From an uncultured Pelagibacteraceae bacterium (lineage in GTDB: Bacteria; Pseudomonadota; Alphaproteobacteria; Pelagibacterales; Pelagibacteraceae): 64,000 bases of DNA. Location of the stretch: positions 1,040 through 65,039 of the forward strand of contig CACHAX010000002.1 of the NCBI GenBank assembly GCA_902577875.1. Reading direction: 5' to 3'. A model generated the notes under the pieces. It did no database searches. It had not been told where the DNA came from and saw nothing but the letters and a program-made list of their open reading frames with translations. Both the position numbers and the translations under genes were made by a program. This document shows, piece by piece, positions 31,655-40,873 of the stretch. Positions within the stretch are counted from its first letter, which is position 1. Each line of letters opens with the position of its first letter.

Positions 31655-33194
31655 AAAATCTATTAATTACATTGGGTTGGTATTTCTTATATTTATTTTA
31701 AGTGCTTGTCAGAATTTAAAGAAATATGACAAACCATTTAAGCATAATACACCTTTAATAAAAGATAAAAATATAGTCGATGCTGGTAAATCAGAAGTTT
31801 CAAAAACTCTTGAAATGGGACCAAAACCTATAGAGGGAGATGGTAAAAAACTTGGTAAAAGAAAAAAAATATCTTCTGAAGCTCAACGAAATTATCTAAT
31901 CATTCCTGATGAATATCCTTTATTAAAACAAAGAGTAACTCTCAAATTTAAGAATCTGGATTATAAGGAAACAATGAAGCTGATGGGTAAAATAGGAGAA
32001 ATAAATGTTTTAGTAGGTGATGAAGTTGCAGGAGCAATATCAGCAGAATTAATTGATGTGCCTTGGGATAAAGCATTTCAAGCATTACTGGACATGAAAA
32101 ATTATGCATCAGATGTTGATGTAGCTAGTAACTTAATTAGAGTCCATTCTCCTGAAACTTTAACTCAACAAGAAACCTATAAATCAGAAAGAGCTTCAGC
32201 AGTTAAAAAGAAAGTTGAATTAGAAGATAGTGTTGAGCCAATTTACTCAGAAATTTTTAGATTGTATTATATTACTCCCGCTCAAGCAAAATCTACAATA
32301 GAAGAGCTATTTACTTCGACAGCAGGAGACAGTTCATATACTCCAATTCAAATTACAGAGGAGATAACGACCAGATCAATTATTGTAAGAGGAAAAGAAA
32401 AAGATCTTGATGTCGTAGACAAGGTAATAAAAGAAATTGATATCAGAACTAAACAAGTTTTAATTGAAGCTTTCATTGTAGAAGCTAACTCTGATTTTGA
32501 AAGAGCCCTAGGTAGTAGATTAGGAGGATATTATAACAGAGCAGGAAAAGTTACAGGTGGTGTTGCAGGGTCAAGCAGTGGAAGTGCAGCTGGAACAGAT
32601 GTGGGTGCTTCTTCAGCTCTTGGTACTGCAAGTGATAGTATTGCAAACTTTCCTGCAACAGGAGCGACTAGTGGAATTGGTATCTTGAGAAGAACGGGTT
32701 CTGGTGTTTTAAAAGCAGAAATTACAGCTCTTGAAAGCATGGGTATGGGACGAACAATATCAAATCCAAAAGTTTTTACTTTAGATAACCAAGTTGCAAC
32801 AGTTACACAAGGTGAAGAAATTCCTTATCAAACTACTTCTGATGGAACAACATCTACATCATTTAAAGAAGCAGCTTTAAAATTAGAGGTAACACCAAGC
32901 ATAATAGGTGATGGAAATGTTTTACTAACTATTCAAGTTAATAATGATACACCTAACCGAACTGCTTCCTCGGATGAGCCACCAATAAATAAAATGGAAA
33001 TTGTAACCAAATTGTTAGTGGCTGATGGCGATATTGTAGTGATTGGTGGCATTAAAAAGAACGTTTTATCAGACTCAAAAAGCCAGACTCCAGTAATTGG
33101 CAATGTTCCTGTGATAGGTAATCTCTTTAAAGGTAAAGCAAATTCTGATAATCTAGATGAACTATTAGTGTTTATAGCACCAAGAATTTTATAA
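31644..33194 (+). CDS. pilQ: Type IV pilus secretin PilQ
   Basis: VPWDKA, QVLIEAFIVE, QGEEIPY, LKLEVTP, ELLVFIAPRI. Confidence 0.95.
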   Translation: MIIKKSINYIGLVFLIFILSACQNLKKYDKPFKHNTPLIKDKNIVDAGKSEVSKTLEMGPKPIEGDGKKLGKRKKISSEAQRNYLIIPDEYPLLKQRVTLKFKNLDYKETMKLMGKIGEINVLVGDEVAGAISAELIDVPWDKAFQALLDMKNYASDVDVASNLIRVHSPETLTQQETYKSERASAVKKKVELEDSVEPIYSEIFRLYYITPAQAKSTIEELFTSTAGDSSYTPIQITEEITTRSIIVRGKEKDLDVVDKVIKEIDIRTKQVLIEAFIVEANSDFERALGSRLGGYYNRAGKVTGGVAGSSSGSAAGTDVGASSALGTASDSIANFPATGATSGIGILRRTGSGVLKAEITALESMGMGRTISNPKVFTLDNQVATVTQGEEIPYQTTSDGTTSTSFKEAALKLEVTPSIIGDGNVLLTIQVNNDTPNRTASSDEPPINKMEIVTKLLVADGDIVVIGGIKKNVLSDSKSQTPVIGNVPVIGNLFKGKANSDNLDELLVFIAPRIL

Positions 33195-34942
33195 TGATTA
33201 ATATAAGCAGAGAATCTGAGATTAATTTAATAAATATTTTAATAGATCAAGATATCATTTCAGGAAAAGATTTAGCTGAAATAAAAAAAATATCAGGTGA
33301 GGGAGAAAAATCCCAATTAGATGCAGTATTTGAATTAAATCTAACTGACGAAGAGAAAATTTTAGATCTTTTAGTAAAAGATCAATCCTTAGATACTGTG
33401 GATTTGTCATCAATCGCTGTAACTGATGAATTGAAAGCTGTTCTTCCATCCAATTATATTAATATGAATTTTATAGCTCCATTTAAAATTGAAGGCAAAG
33501 TTTTACATATTGCTATTTCTGATATTTCAAAACTAAGTTTGATGAGAAATCTTAGAACTATTACCAAAATGGATATTGAACTACATGCAGCTAAAGTTTC
33601 AGATATTTCAAATTTTGTAGATAAATTGTTAGCAGATGGTGAAAGAACAATATCAGATATTAGACAAACAAATGCAGAAAAGACTAAAACTTTTGATTAT
33701 GATGTAGATGAGCAAGCTGAAGTACTAGAGAAACCTCCCGAAGAAGATATTGAAGCTATAGAAAACGAGTCCGAAGTTATAAAATTCAGTACAGCTGTCG
33801 TTGCAGAAGCTATTAAATCAGGTGTTTCAGATATACATATTGAGCCATATCGATTTACATCAAGAGTGAGATATAGGCTAGATGGTATTTTACAAGAACA
33901 AGAACATTTTAAAAAGTTTTTACATTCAAACTATGGAGCTGTTGTAACAAGATTTAAGATTATGGGTAAACTTGATATTGCAGAAAGAAGACTGCCGCAA
34001 GACGGGGCGATACCGTTTAAAATTGATGGAAAAGTCGTTGACTTACGTTTATCAATTTTACCTACAGCAACTAATGAAAGAATAGTAATGAGGGTTTTAA
34101 ACAAAGATGCAGGAGACATCAGTTTAGAACAACTTAACTTCGAGGAAAATGATTTAAAAAATTTAAGAAAAGCTATTCACGGAACACAAGGGCTAGTTTT
34201 GGTTACAGGTCCAACAGGATCAGGAAAAACAACAACTCTGTATAGTATTTTAAAAGAAGTTTCTAAACCACACTTAAATATTCTTACCGCAGAAGATCCA
34301 GTAGAGTATGAGCTTGATGGAGTAGGACAAGTACAAATAAAAGATGATATTGGTTTTAATTTTTCTACAGCACTAAGATCTTTTTTAAGACAAGACCCAG
34401 AGATAATTTTAGTTGGTGAGATGAGAGATAAAGAAACTGTTGATATAGGATTAAAAGCAGCTTTAACTGGTCACTTAGTCTTTAGTACTTTGCACACAAA
34501 TGATGCTCCAAGCACAATAACAAGATTGCAAAATATGGGAACGCCAGACTATTTAATAAGCGCTGCAGTTTCTTTAGTTCTAGCACAAAGATTAGCAAGA
34601 AAAACCTGTCCCGATTGTAGAGAGCCCGATGAGGACATTACACCTAAAGCTTTAGCAGACTTTGGTTTTACAGTTGAACAAGCTTCAAGAGCAAAAGTAC
34701 AAAAAGGTAAAGGATGTCCAAAATGCAAAGATACAGGTTACAAAGGTAGAATGGGTATTTATGAAATTTTAAACGTAACAAAACCTATCAAAGAAGCAAT
34801 CCTGAGAAAAGCAACTACACCAGAGTTAAAGGAAATTGCATCAAATGAAGGATTTAGAACAATGCAAGACATGGGTAGAGAACTTATCCTTACGGGAGAT
34901 TTGAATTTTAGAGAATATGATAGAGTTCTCTCTGCGGAGTAA
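33194..34942 (+). CDS. pilB: Pilus assembly ATPase PilB
   Basis: SDIHIEP, AERRLPQDG, GPTGSGKTTT, LRQDPE, CPDC/CPKC Zn sites. Confidence 0.96.
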   Translation: MINISRESEINLINILIDQDIISGKDLAEIKKISGEGEKSQLDAVFELNLTDEEKILDLLVKDQSLDTVDLSSIAVTDELKAVLPSNYINMNFIAPFKIEGKVLHIAISDISKLSLMRNLRTITKMDIELHAAKVSDISNFVDKLLADGERTISDIRQTNAEKTKTFDYDVDEQAEVLEKPPEEDIEAIENESEVIKFSTAVVAEAIKSGVSDIHIEPYRFTSRVRYRLDGILQEQEHFKKFLHSNYGAVVTRFKIMGKLDIAERRLPQDGAIPFKIDGKVVDLRLSILPTATNERIVMRVLNKDAGDISLEQLNFEENDLKNLRKAIHGTQGLVLVTGPTGSGKTTTLYSILKEVSKPHLNILTAEDPVEYELDGVGQVQIKDDIGFNFSTALRSFLRQDPEIILVGEMRDKETVDIGLKAALTGHLVFSTLHTNDAPSTITRLQNMGTPDYLISAAVSLVLAQRLARKTCPDCREPDEDITPKALADFGFTVEQASRAKVQKGKGCPKCKDTGYKGRMGIYEILNVTKPIKEAILRKATTPELKEIASNEGFRTMQDMGRELILTGDLNFREYDRVLSAE

Positions 34943-34945
34943 TAG

Positions 34946-36187
34946 ATGTCAGCCGAAACTTTTTCCTATAAAGGAATATCAGCAGGAAAATATATCGAAG
35001 GCGAAATAGAAGCCTTAAATCAAGAAGAAGCATCATATAAATTAAAAGAGCAAAAAATCATTATAACTAACTTAATAAAAGTTAAGAAAAAAAAGGCAGA
35101 AAAAGAAAAGGGAAAAAAGAGCGGTTTTTCATTTGGGAAGAAAAAAGTTACTCCTGCTGATGTAATGATTTTCTCAAAACAGTTTGCAACAATGGTTAAA
35201 GCCGGTCTACCAATTTTGAATGTCCTTTCTATGCTTAGAGATCAGATTGAGCACCCAACTTTGAAAGAAATTATTGAGGATATTAGAAAGAGTTTGGAGG
35301 GTGGTATAACCTTATCAAAGTGTTTTGAAAAATACCCTAAAATATTTGATAATATTTACATTAATTTGATAAAAGCTGGAGAAGCTAGCGGTAAATTAGA
35401 TGTTTTTTTATTAAAATTAGTAGATTCACTTGAAAAAAGAGAAAAGGTTAAAAAGAAAATTAAAAGTGCATTAACTTACCCAGTAGTAATGTTTACTGTT
35501 GCTATAACAGTGATGGTATTCATGTTGATTAAAGTTGTTCCAGTATTTGCTGAAATGTATGAGGGAATGGGTGTTGCCTTGCCCACACCAACTGCAGTTA
35601 TTTTAAATGCAAGTAATTTTATGAGAGGTGCTGGTGGATTAACAGTTGGAATAATATCAATAATAAGTTTTGTCATATTTAAATATACAACAACTAAAAT
35701 TCCAGCAATTCGGTACAAGTGGCATCAGCGAGTATTAAAAATGCCAGTTTTTGGAGACATGATTTTAAAATCCTTAATTGCAAGAATTTCACTGATTATG
35801 GGAAATCTTAGTTCTGCAGGTGTTAATTTATTAGAGAGTATTGAGATTGCTAAACAAGTAAGTAATAATGATGTTGTAACGCAGGCATTAGAAAATGTTA
35901 AAAAAGGTGTTTTCTCAGGCGATACTTTAACTAAACTATTTTTAAAAGAACCAGTTTTTCCTCCAACATTCAGTCAATTAATTTCAGTAGGAGAGCAAAC
36001 CGGAAACTTGGATGAAATGTTTACATCAGTCTCAGCTTACTATGAAGAAGAATTTGATACAGCAGTAGATAATATGTCAAGTTTGATTGAACCAATTATG
36101 ATTGTATTTATGGGAACAATGATCGGTGGTTTGATGATAGCGATGTATTCACCAATCTTTAACGTTGGTGCAATTATTGGCGGTTAA
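34946..36187 (+). CDS. pilC: Inner-membrane platform protein PilC (T2SS F family)
   Basis: AGEASGKLD, ALTYP, VGEQTGNLD, LIEP motifs. Confidence 0.96.
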   Translation: MSAETFSYKGISAGKYIEGEIEALNQEEASYKLKEQKIIITNLIKVKKKKAEKEKGKKSGFSFGKKKVTPADVMIFSKQFATMVKAGLPILNVLSMLRDQIEHPTLKEIIEDIRKSLEGGITLSKCFEKYPKIFDNIYINLIKAGEASGKLDVFLLKLVDSLEKREKVKKKIKSALTYPVVMFTVAITVMVFMLIKVVPVFAEMYEGMGVALPTPTAVILNASNFMRGAGGLTVGIISIISFVIFKYTTTKIPAIRYKWHQRVLKMPVFGDMILKSLIARISLIMGNLSSAGVNLLESIEIAKQVSNNDVVTQALENVKKGVFSGDTLTKLFLKEPVFPPTFSQLISVGEQTGNLDEMFTSVSAYYEEEFDTAVDNMSSLIEPIMIVFMGTMIGGLMIAMYSPIFNVGAIIGG

Positions 36188-36615
36188 GAATTTAAATTTT
36201 TCGTAAGAACTAAGTGATTGATCCAAGGTTTTTCACCTTCTTTAAATACTACTGCATCCATTATTTGTTGAATAAAAAAAGTTCCTAGTCCTCCAGGTTT
36301 AATATCATCAATTTTTCTGTGTCTGACATTTTTTTCGTCAACTGGTCTTCCTTTATCAAAAAAGCCTATTTCAAGGTGACCTTGTTCTAAAGAAATTTTG
36401 ATCTCCATTTTATCGTCAGTATCTTCACCTTGGTAAGCATGTTTTACGATATTTTGTGCTGCCTCTGCAATTGCTAAAACTAATTCGTCTTTTAAATCTT
36501 GTTCAATATTTACTTTTTCAAACACTTCTCTTGAAAATGATCTTACTTCTTTTAAACTCGATGAACTGACTACAAAATCTCTTTGTTCTACTATTGATTT
36601 TAATGCCACATTCAT
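36184..36615 (-). CDS. RsbW/SpoIIAB-like serine kinase (anti-sigma-factor family)
   Basis: EAAQNIVKHAY N-box, DKG G1, GGLG.FFI..IMD G2. Confidence 0.92.
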   Translation of the reverse strand: MNVALKSIVEQRDFVVSSSSLKEVRSFSREVFEKVNIEQDLKDELVLAIAEAAQNIVKHAYQGEDTDDKMEIKISLEQGHLEIGFFDKGRPVDEKNVRHRKIDDIKPGGLGTFFIQQIMDAVVFKEGEKPWINHLVLTKNLNS

Positions 36616-36618
36616 AAA

Positions 36619-36918
36619 TTAATCCAAATTTAAAATTTGCTCTAGTTTTGCCATCATAATTACTTTAAGAACTGATTTACTAATTTCTTTTAGGATTACT
36701 TTTGTACCAAGCTCAGTTGCTTTTTGATGGCTTTCGATTAATACTGAAATTCCTGAAGAGTCCATGTATTGAACTTCCTTTAAATTTAAATGAACTTCTT
36801 TTTTTGCCTCAATTAGAGGCATAATAACTTCTTTTGCTTTTTCAGTTACATCCATGTCTATTTCACCATCCAGGTGAACTGTTGCAACATTGCCTTCCTC
36901 ATTAACTTTATATGACAT
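36619..36918 (-). CDS. RsbV/SpoIIAA-like STAS anti-anti-sigma protein
   Basis: GEID and YMDSSG phosphoacceptor motif; adjacent to the RsbW-like gene. Confidence 0.93.
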   Translation of the reverse strand: MSYKVNEEGNVATVHLDGEIDMDVTEKAKEVIMPLIEAKKEVHLNLKEVQYMDSSGISVLIESHQKATELGTKVILKEISKSVLKVIMMAKLEQILNLD

Positions 36919-37059
36919 AATTATTAATATTTATTAAATTTCCTTACTAAATCAACAAAAATGACCCATTTTGATTACTATTACAGTGTAGATATTGCCT
37001 TTTAAAAGATATAATTTATATGTATACACTTATTTTTATAAAATATAGGATTATTACAT

Positions 37060-37542
37060 ATGAAAAAAAATAATAAAGGTTTTACACTTATAGAATTATT
37101 GGTTGTTGTGGCAATCATTGGAATTTTGGCAGCAGTTGGTGTTGTGGCTTATTCAGGTTACACTTCAGGTGCAAAAAAATCAGCTGCAAAATCTAATCAT
37201 GCAGCAGTTATCAAGTATGTTGCAAGTGAACTACAAAAATGCGTAGTTAATGGAGACGATACTGCAAAATTAATGGGTCATAGTTCTCATACATGTGCGT
37301 CAACAGACAGATTAAACGACTCTAAACTTAAAGCAGCTATTGTTGCAGGTTTGTCGGATTTTAAAAATCCTTATAGTACAAAAAATGCAGCTGTAGTAGA
37401 TGCTGCAAACCCTACCAGCGGACAAACTGCTGTAGCAGTTAGTTCTCAAGTAGTTACTATCAAAACATGCTTTACTGACGGTTCTTCAAGTAATCCGTGC
37501 TCAGGGGATAATATAGTAACAGGTACTGTAACAGCCGAATAA
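37060..37542 (+). CDS. pilA: Type IVa pilin, probable major pilin
   Basis: KG|FTLIELLVVVAIIGILAA; C-terminal Cys pair; AGGA Shine-Dalgarno; first gene after an intergenic promoter region. Confidence 0.88.
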   Translation: MKKNNKGFTLIELLVVVAIIGILAAVGVVAYSGYTSGAKKSAAKSNHAAVIKYVASELQKCVVNGDDTAKLMGHSSHTCASTDRLNDSKLKAAIVAGLSDFKNPYSTKNAAVVDAANPTSGQTAVAVSSQVVTIKTCFTDGSSSNPCSGDNIVTGTVTAE

Positions 37543-37554
37543 AAAAATTATTCT

Positions 37555-37986
37555 GTGACTAAGAGTTCTGGTTTTACTTTAATAGAGCTCTTAGTCGTAG
37601 TAGCAATCTTAGGAATTATATCAGCAATAGGAATTATTAGTTACAATGGCTACGTAGCAGGCGCCAAAAAGAAAGCTGTTGAAAATATCATGCAACAAAT
37701 AGCGCTTGGTCAGACCGAGTACTATTCAGGCGAACAAACATACTATAGCACAAAAAGTGGATCGACCACATGTGATCCTGACTCATCCTCATCTAAAAGT
37801 ATTGAGGATGAACTTCTAGGAGAAACAGACAGTATATCTGATGACCTTGGTTATAATATTTGCACTGTTGTAGTAAATACGAATAATGAAAAATATAGAA
37901 TAATTGCAAAAGAAATTACACCAAGTTCTTCTCCAAAAAAATTTTGTCTAAATGGTAAAGGCTTTCAAGACGCCACTAAGTGTTAA
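37555..37986 (+). CDS. pilE: Type IV pilin, PilE-like
   Basis: SG|FTLIELLVVVAILGII; Q.EYY.....Y motif. Confidence 0.8.
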   Translation: MTKSSGFTLIELLVVVAILGIISAIGIISYNGYVAGAKKKAVENIMQQIALGQTEYYSGEQTYYSTKSGSTTCDPDSSSSKSIEDELLGETDSISDDLGYNICTVVVNTNNEKYRIIAKEITPSSSPKKFCLNGKGFQDATKC

Positions 37987-37993
37987 AAACTTT

Positions 37994-38239
37994 ATGAATC
38001 TTCAAGAGACCATTGAAAACCTTAAGTCGTTCTTTTTAAGCAATATTTCAAAAAAGTTTAAAATTTATTTAACTATTAGTTTAGGATGGATAATTTTTAT
38101 TGGCTATTTAACATGGTGGAACGGTTTAAAAAGTCCAATGTTAGATAAAAGCTTTAGATGGGATGAATGGTTTTGGTTTGGGGTAGTTCCAGCTGTATCT
38201 CCTTATATATTTTATTATATTTGGAAGAAAAAAGAATAA
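37994..38239 (+). CDS. Small Trp-rich two-TM membrane protein (start likely 37994)
   Basis: In-frame ATG 7 nt after the pilE stop; two hydrophobic segments. Confidence 0.65.
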   Translation: MNLQETIENLKSFFLSNISKKFKIYLTISLGWIIFIGYLTWWNGLKSPMLDKSFRWDEWFWFGVVPAVSPYIFYYIWKKKE

Positions 38240-38248
38240 TAACCTATT

Positions 38249-38277
38249 TTGAGCATCAATGATCTATGATGTATAAT
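38249..38277 (+). promoter_or_regulatory. Putative sigma70 promoter for the first Amt-PP2C gene
   Basis: TTGAGC-17 nt-TATAAT, followed by AGAGG Shine-Dalgarno before ATG 38303. Confidence 0.6.
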
Positions 38278-38302
38278 TTTTTATAATAATTTAGAGGAAA
38301 TA

Positions 38303-40453
38303 ATGGAGAGTATAGATCTGGAATCGGTAAAATCATTTGTTGATACCCTTTGGGTTATAGATTGTGCAATTCTTGTTTTCATAATGCAAGCAGGATTTAT
38401 GTGCATGGAAACAGGTCTTTCTAGGCACAAAAATAGTATTAACGTTGCTCTTAAAAATGCTGCTGACTTTGGTCTTGCAGTTGTAATTTTCTGGCTATTT
38501 GGTTTCGGATTAATGTTTGGAAAAAGTTATAACGGCTATTTTGGAACAGATTTATTCTTTTTTAAAACTAGTCAGGCTGAATACATGACTTACTTTGTAT
38601 TTCAAGCAATGTTTGTTGCTACTGCAGCAACAATTGTATCAGGTGCTGTTGCTGAAAGAATGAAATTTAATGGATATTTAATAATTACAATTATTGCTAC
38701 TGGAATTATATATCCAATTGTTGGTCATTGGGCATGGTCTTCTAGTTATTTAAATAATATTGATGCCACAAGACAATTATTAGCTGTTACAGGCCAAGTT
38801 AAAACAACTGGATGGCTTACAGATATAGGATTTGTAGATTTTGCTGGAAGCACAATAGTTCACTCAGTTGGTGGATGGATTGCTTTATCAGCTGTTTTAA
38901 TTTTAGGGCCAAGAATAGGAAAATATTCAGATTCAAATAAAGGAAAATTTACAGGATCAAGTTTCCCTTTAGCAGTTTTGGGAACTTTAATTTTGTGGTT
39001 CGGTTGGTTCGGATTTAATGGCGGAAGTAATGGAGCTATGGATGAAGCGGTTCCTCTAATTTTAATAAATACATTTCTTGCCGCTTCTTTTGGATTACTA
39101 ACAGGTCTTGGAATTTCATTTGCATTATTTAAAAAACCAGATCCTTATTATGTAATACTTGGACCACTTGCAGGGTTAGTTGCAATTACAGCAGGATGTA
39201 ATTCGATGACATCAGTGACTTCGATCTTTGTTGGGATTATAGGAGCGGTAGTTGCAATTTTTGTAAATGAATTTTTAAATAAATTTGAAATAGATGATGT
39301 TGTTGGAGCAGTACCTGTTCATTTAGCAGCAGGGGTTTGGGGCACAATTGCTGTAGGTTTATTTAGTGATCTTGAAATTTTAGGAACAGGGTTATCCAGA
39401 CTTGAACAAATCAAAGCTCAATTTATAGGAATTGTTTCAATCGGTGTATTTTCATTTTTTGGTTCATATATATTATTAAAAATTCTAAATTATATTTATC
39501 CCTTAAGAGTAAGTCCTTTACATGAAGAATTAGGTCTTAATATTGCTGAACATAATGCAACGTCTGTAGAACATGATTTAATTACAATTCTAGAAAAACA
39601 ATCTGAGTCAGGTGATTTAACAATCAGAGGGCCTCAAGATCCATTTACTGCTGGAGGTGTGATCGGTCTTTATTACAATAGATTGATGAACAAACTAGAA
39701 ACTAGTGAATCTGAAAAGAAAGTATGGAGAGACAGAATTTCAAACGAAGTAAAACTTGCAGTAAAAGTCCAAGAAAATTTCTTACCAAAAAGAAACTTGG
39801 AAAATTATCCTGTACACGGAATAAATATTGCGGCTAGAGAAGTTTCAGGAGACTTCTTTAGTTTTTATCCTCACAATGATAGTGTTTACTTTATTATTGC
39901 AGATGTTGCGGGTAAAGGAATTCATGCTGGAATGGTAATGGCAAAAGCATCAACTCTTTTTGAAATAATGTCTAGAGACCAAGTAGATCCAGATGAAATG
40001 ATGTTTCATATGAATAATGATCTGTTTTTAACTAAAACAGGTGGCATGTTTGTTACTAGTATATTAGGAGAATATAATATGAGGACGGATGAATTAAGAT
40101 GGGTAAATGGCGGTCATCAGCCAGCTATAATTAGATCATCTTCTGGAAATTATGAACAATTTGAAAGTAATTCTCCACCAATGGGTGTAATACTTCAAAA
40201 GGATAAGTCAGTGTATAAAACTCACAAAGTTAAGCTAGAAAATAACAGGTTTTGTGCTTTCACTGATGGTTTATCCGAAAGCTTAAATAGCTCAGGTGAG
40301 GAAATAGGAATAGATGGATCAATTCAAATAATTGAGAAAAACTTCGATAAGGATGTAAAAAAACAATTAAATGAAATTACAAAAGAAGTCGTGAAAGTTG
40401 CAGGTGAAAATAAATTAAGTGATGATTTAACGTTAATTTCTATTGGAAAATAA
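38303..40453 (+). CDS. Ammonium transporter (Amt) fused to HAMP-like linker and SpoIIE/PP2C phosphatase, copy 1
   Basis: Amt motifs MQAGF, SGAVAER, DFAGSTIVH, WFGWFGFNGGS, DD..GAVPVH; PP2C motifs VSGDF, ADVAGKG, FTDGLSE, DDLT. Confidence 0.94.
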   Translation: MESIDLESVKSFVDTLWVIDCAILVFIMQAGFMCMETGLSRHKNSINVALKNAADFGLAVVIFWLFGFGLMFGKSYNGYFGTDLFFFKTSQAEYMTYFVFQAMFVATAATIVSGAVAERMKFNGYLIITIIATGIIYPIVGHWAWSSSYLNNIDATRQLLAVTGQVKTTGWLTDIGFVDFAGSTIVHSVGGWIALSAVLILGPRIGKYSDSNKGKFTGSSFPLAVLGTLILWFGWFGFNGGSNGAMDEAVPLILINTFLAASFGLLTGLGISFALFKKPDPYYVILGPLAGLVAITAGCNSMTSVTSIFVGIIGAVVAIFVNEFLNKFEIDDVVGAVPVHLAAGVWGTIAVGLFSDLEILGTGLSRLEQIKAQFIGIVSIGVFSFFGSYILLKILNYIYPLRVSPLHEELGLNIAEHNATSVEHDLITILEKQSESGDLTIRGPQDPFTAGGVIGLYYNRLMNKLETSESEKKVWRDRISNEVKLAVKVQENFLPKRNLENYPVHGINIAAREVSGDFFSFYPHNDSVYFIIADVAGKGIHAGMVMAKASTLFEIMSRDQVDPDEMMFHMNNDLFLTKTGGMFVTSILGEYNMRTDELRWVNGGHQPAIIRSSSGNYEQFESNSPPMGVILQKDKSVYKTHKVKLENNRFCAFTDGLSESLNSSGEEIGIDGSIQIIEKNFDKDVKKQLNEITKEVVKVAGENKLSDDLTLISIGK

Positions 40454-40533
40454 TGTTTCCCTCATTTTGATCTAATTTATTTTGTATGTTTTTTGTATAA
40501 ATGGTACGATTAAAAAAAAACAATAAGGAAATT

Positions 40534-40863
40534 ATGTTTAAAAAAATAGTCTTAACTATAGGTTTTCTTTTATTTAGTACTAATTTATTTGCAGCTCAAA
40601 CGCAAATAGCACAAGTAAATGGTATGATATGTATCAAGTGTCAAAAAATGGTCACTGAAGCATTACAAAAGGCTTGTCCTGATGCTACAGTTAAAGTTTC
40701 TTGGCCAGAAGGGGTTGCAGTATCTACTTTTGCAGATAAATCAAATTTATCTGAGGATGAATATAAAAATGCAATTTTAGGCACTGGATTTGAAGTAGTT
40801 AAAGTAATTAGTGTTGATGGCATAATTACAGACGCTGAAGAAGCAAGAAAACTTATAGATTAA
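40534..40863 (+). CDS. Exported heavy-metal-associated (HMA, MerP/CopZ-like) protein (start likely 40534)
   Basis: AAGGA Shine-Dalgarno, signal peptide, GMICIKC (GMxCxxC) motif. Confidence 0.8.
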   Translation: MFKKIVLTIGFLLFSTNLFAAQTQIAQVNGMICIKCQKMVTEALQKACPDATVKVSWPEGVAVSTFADKSNLSEDEYKNAILGTGFEVVKVISVDGIITDAEEARKLID

Positions 40864-40873
40864 AAAAAATTTT

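Noticed and set aside
37076-37660. Similar 5' ends of pilA and pilE as a possible pilin antigenic-variation cassette
   Set aside because: Both are full genes with their own signal sequences and many synonymous differences; similarity reflects the conserved pilin helix
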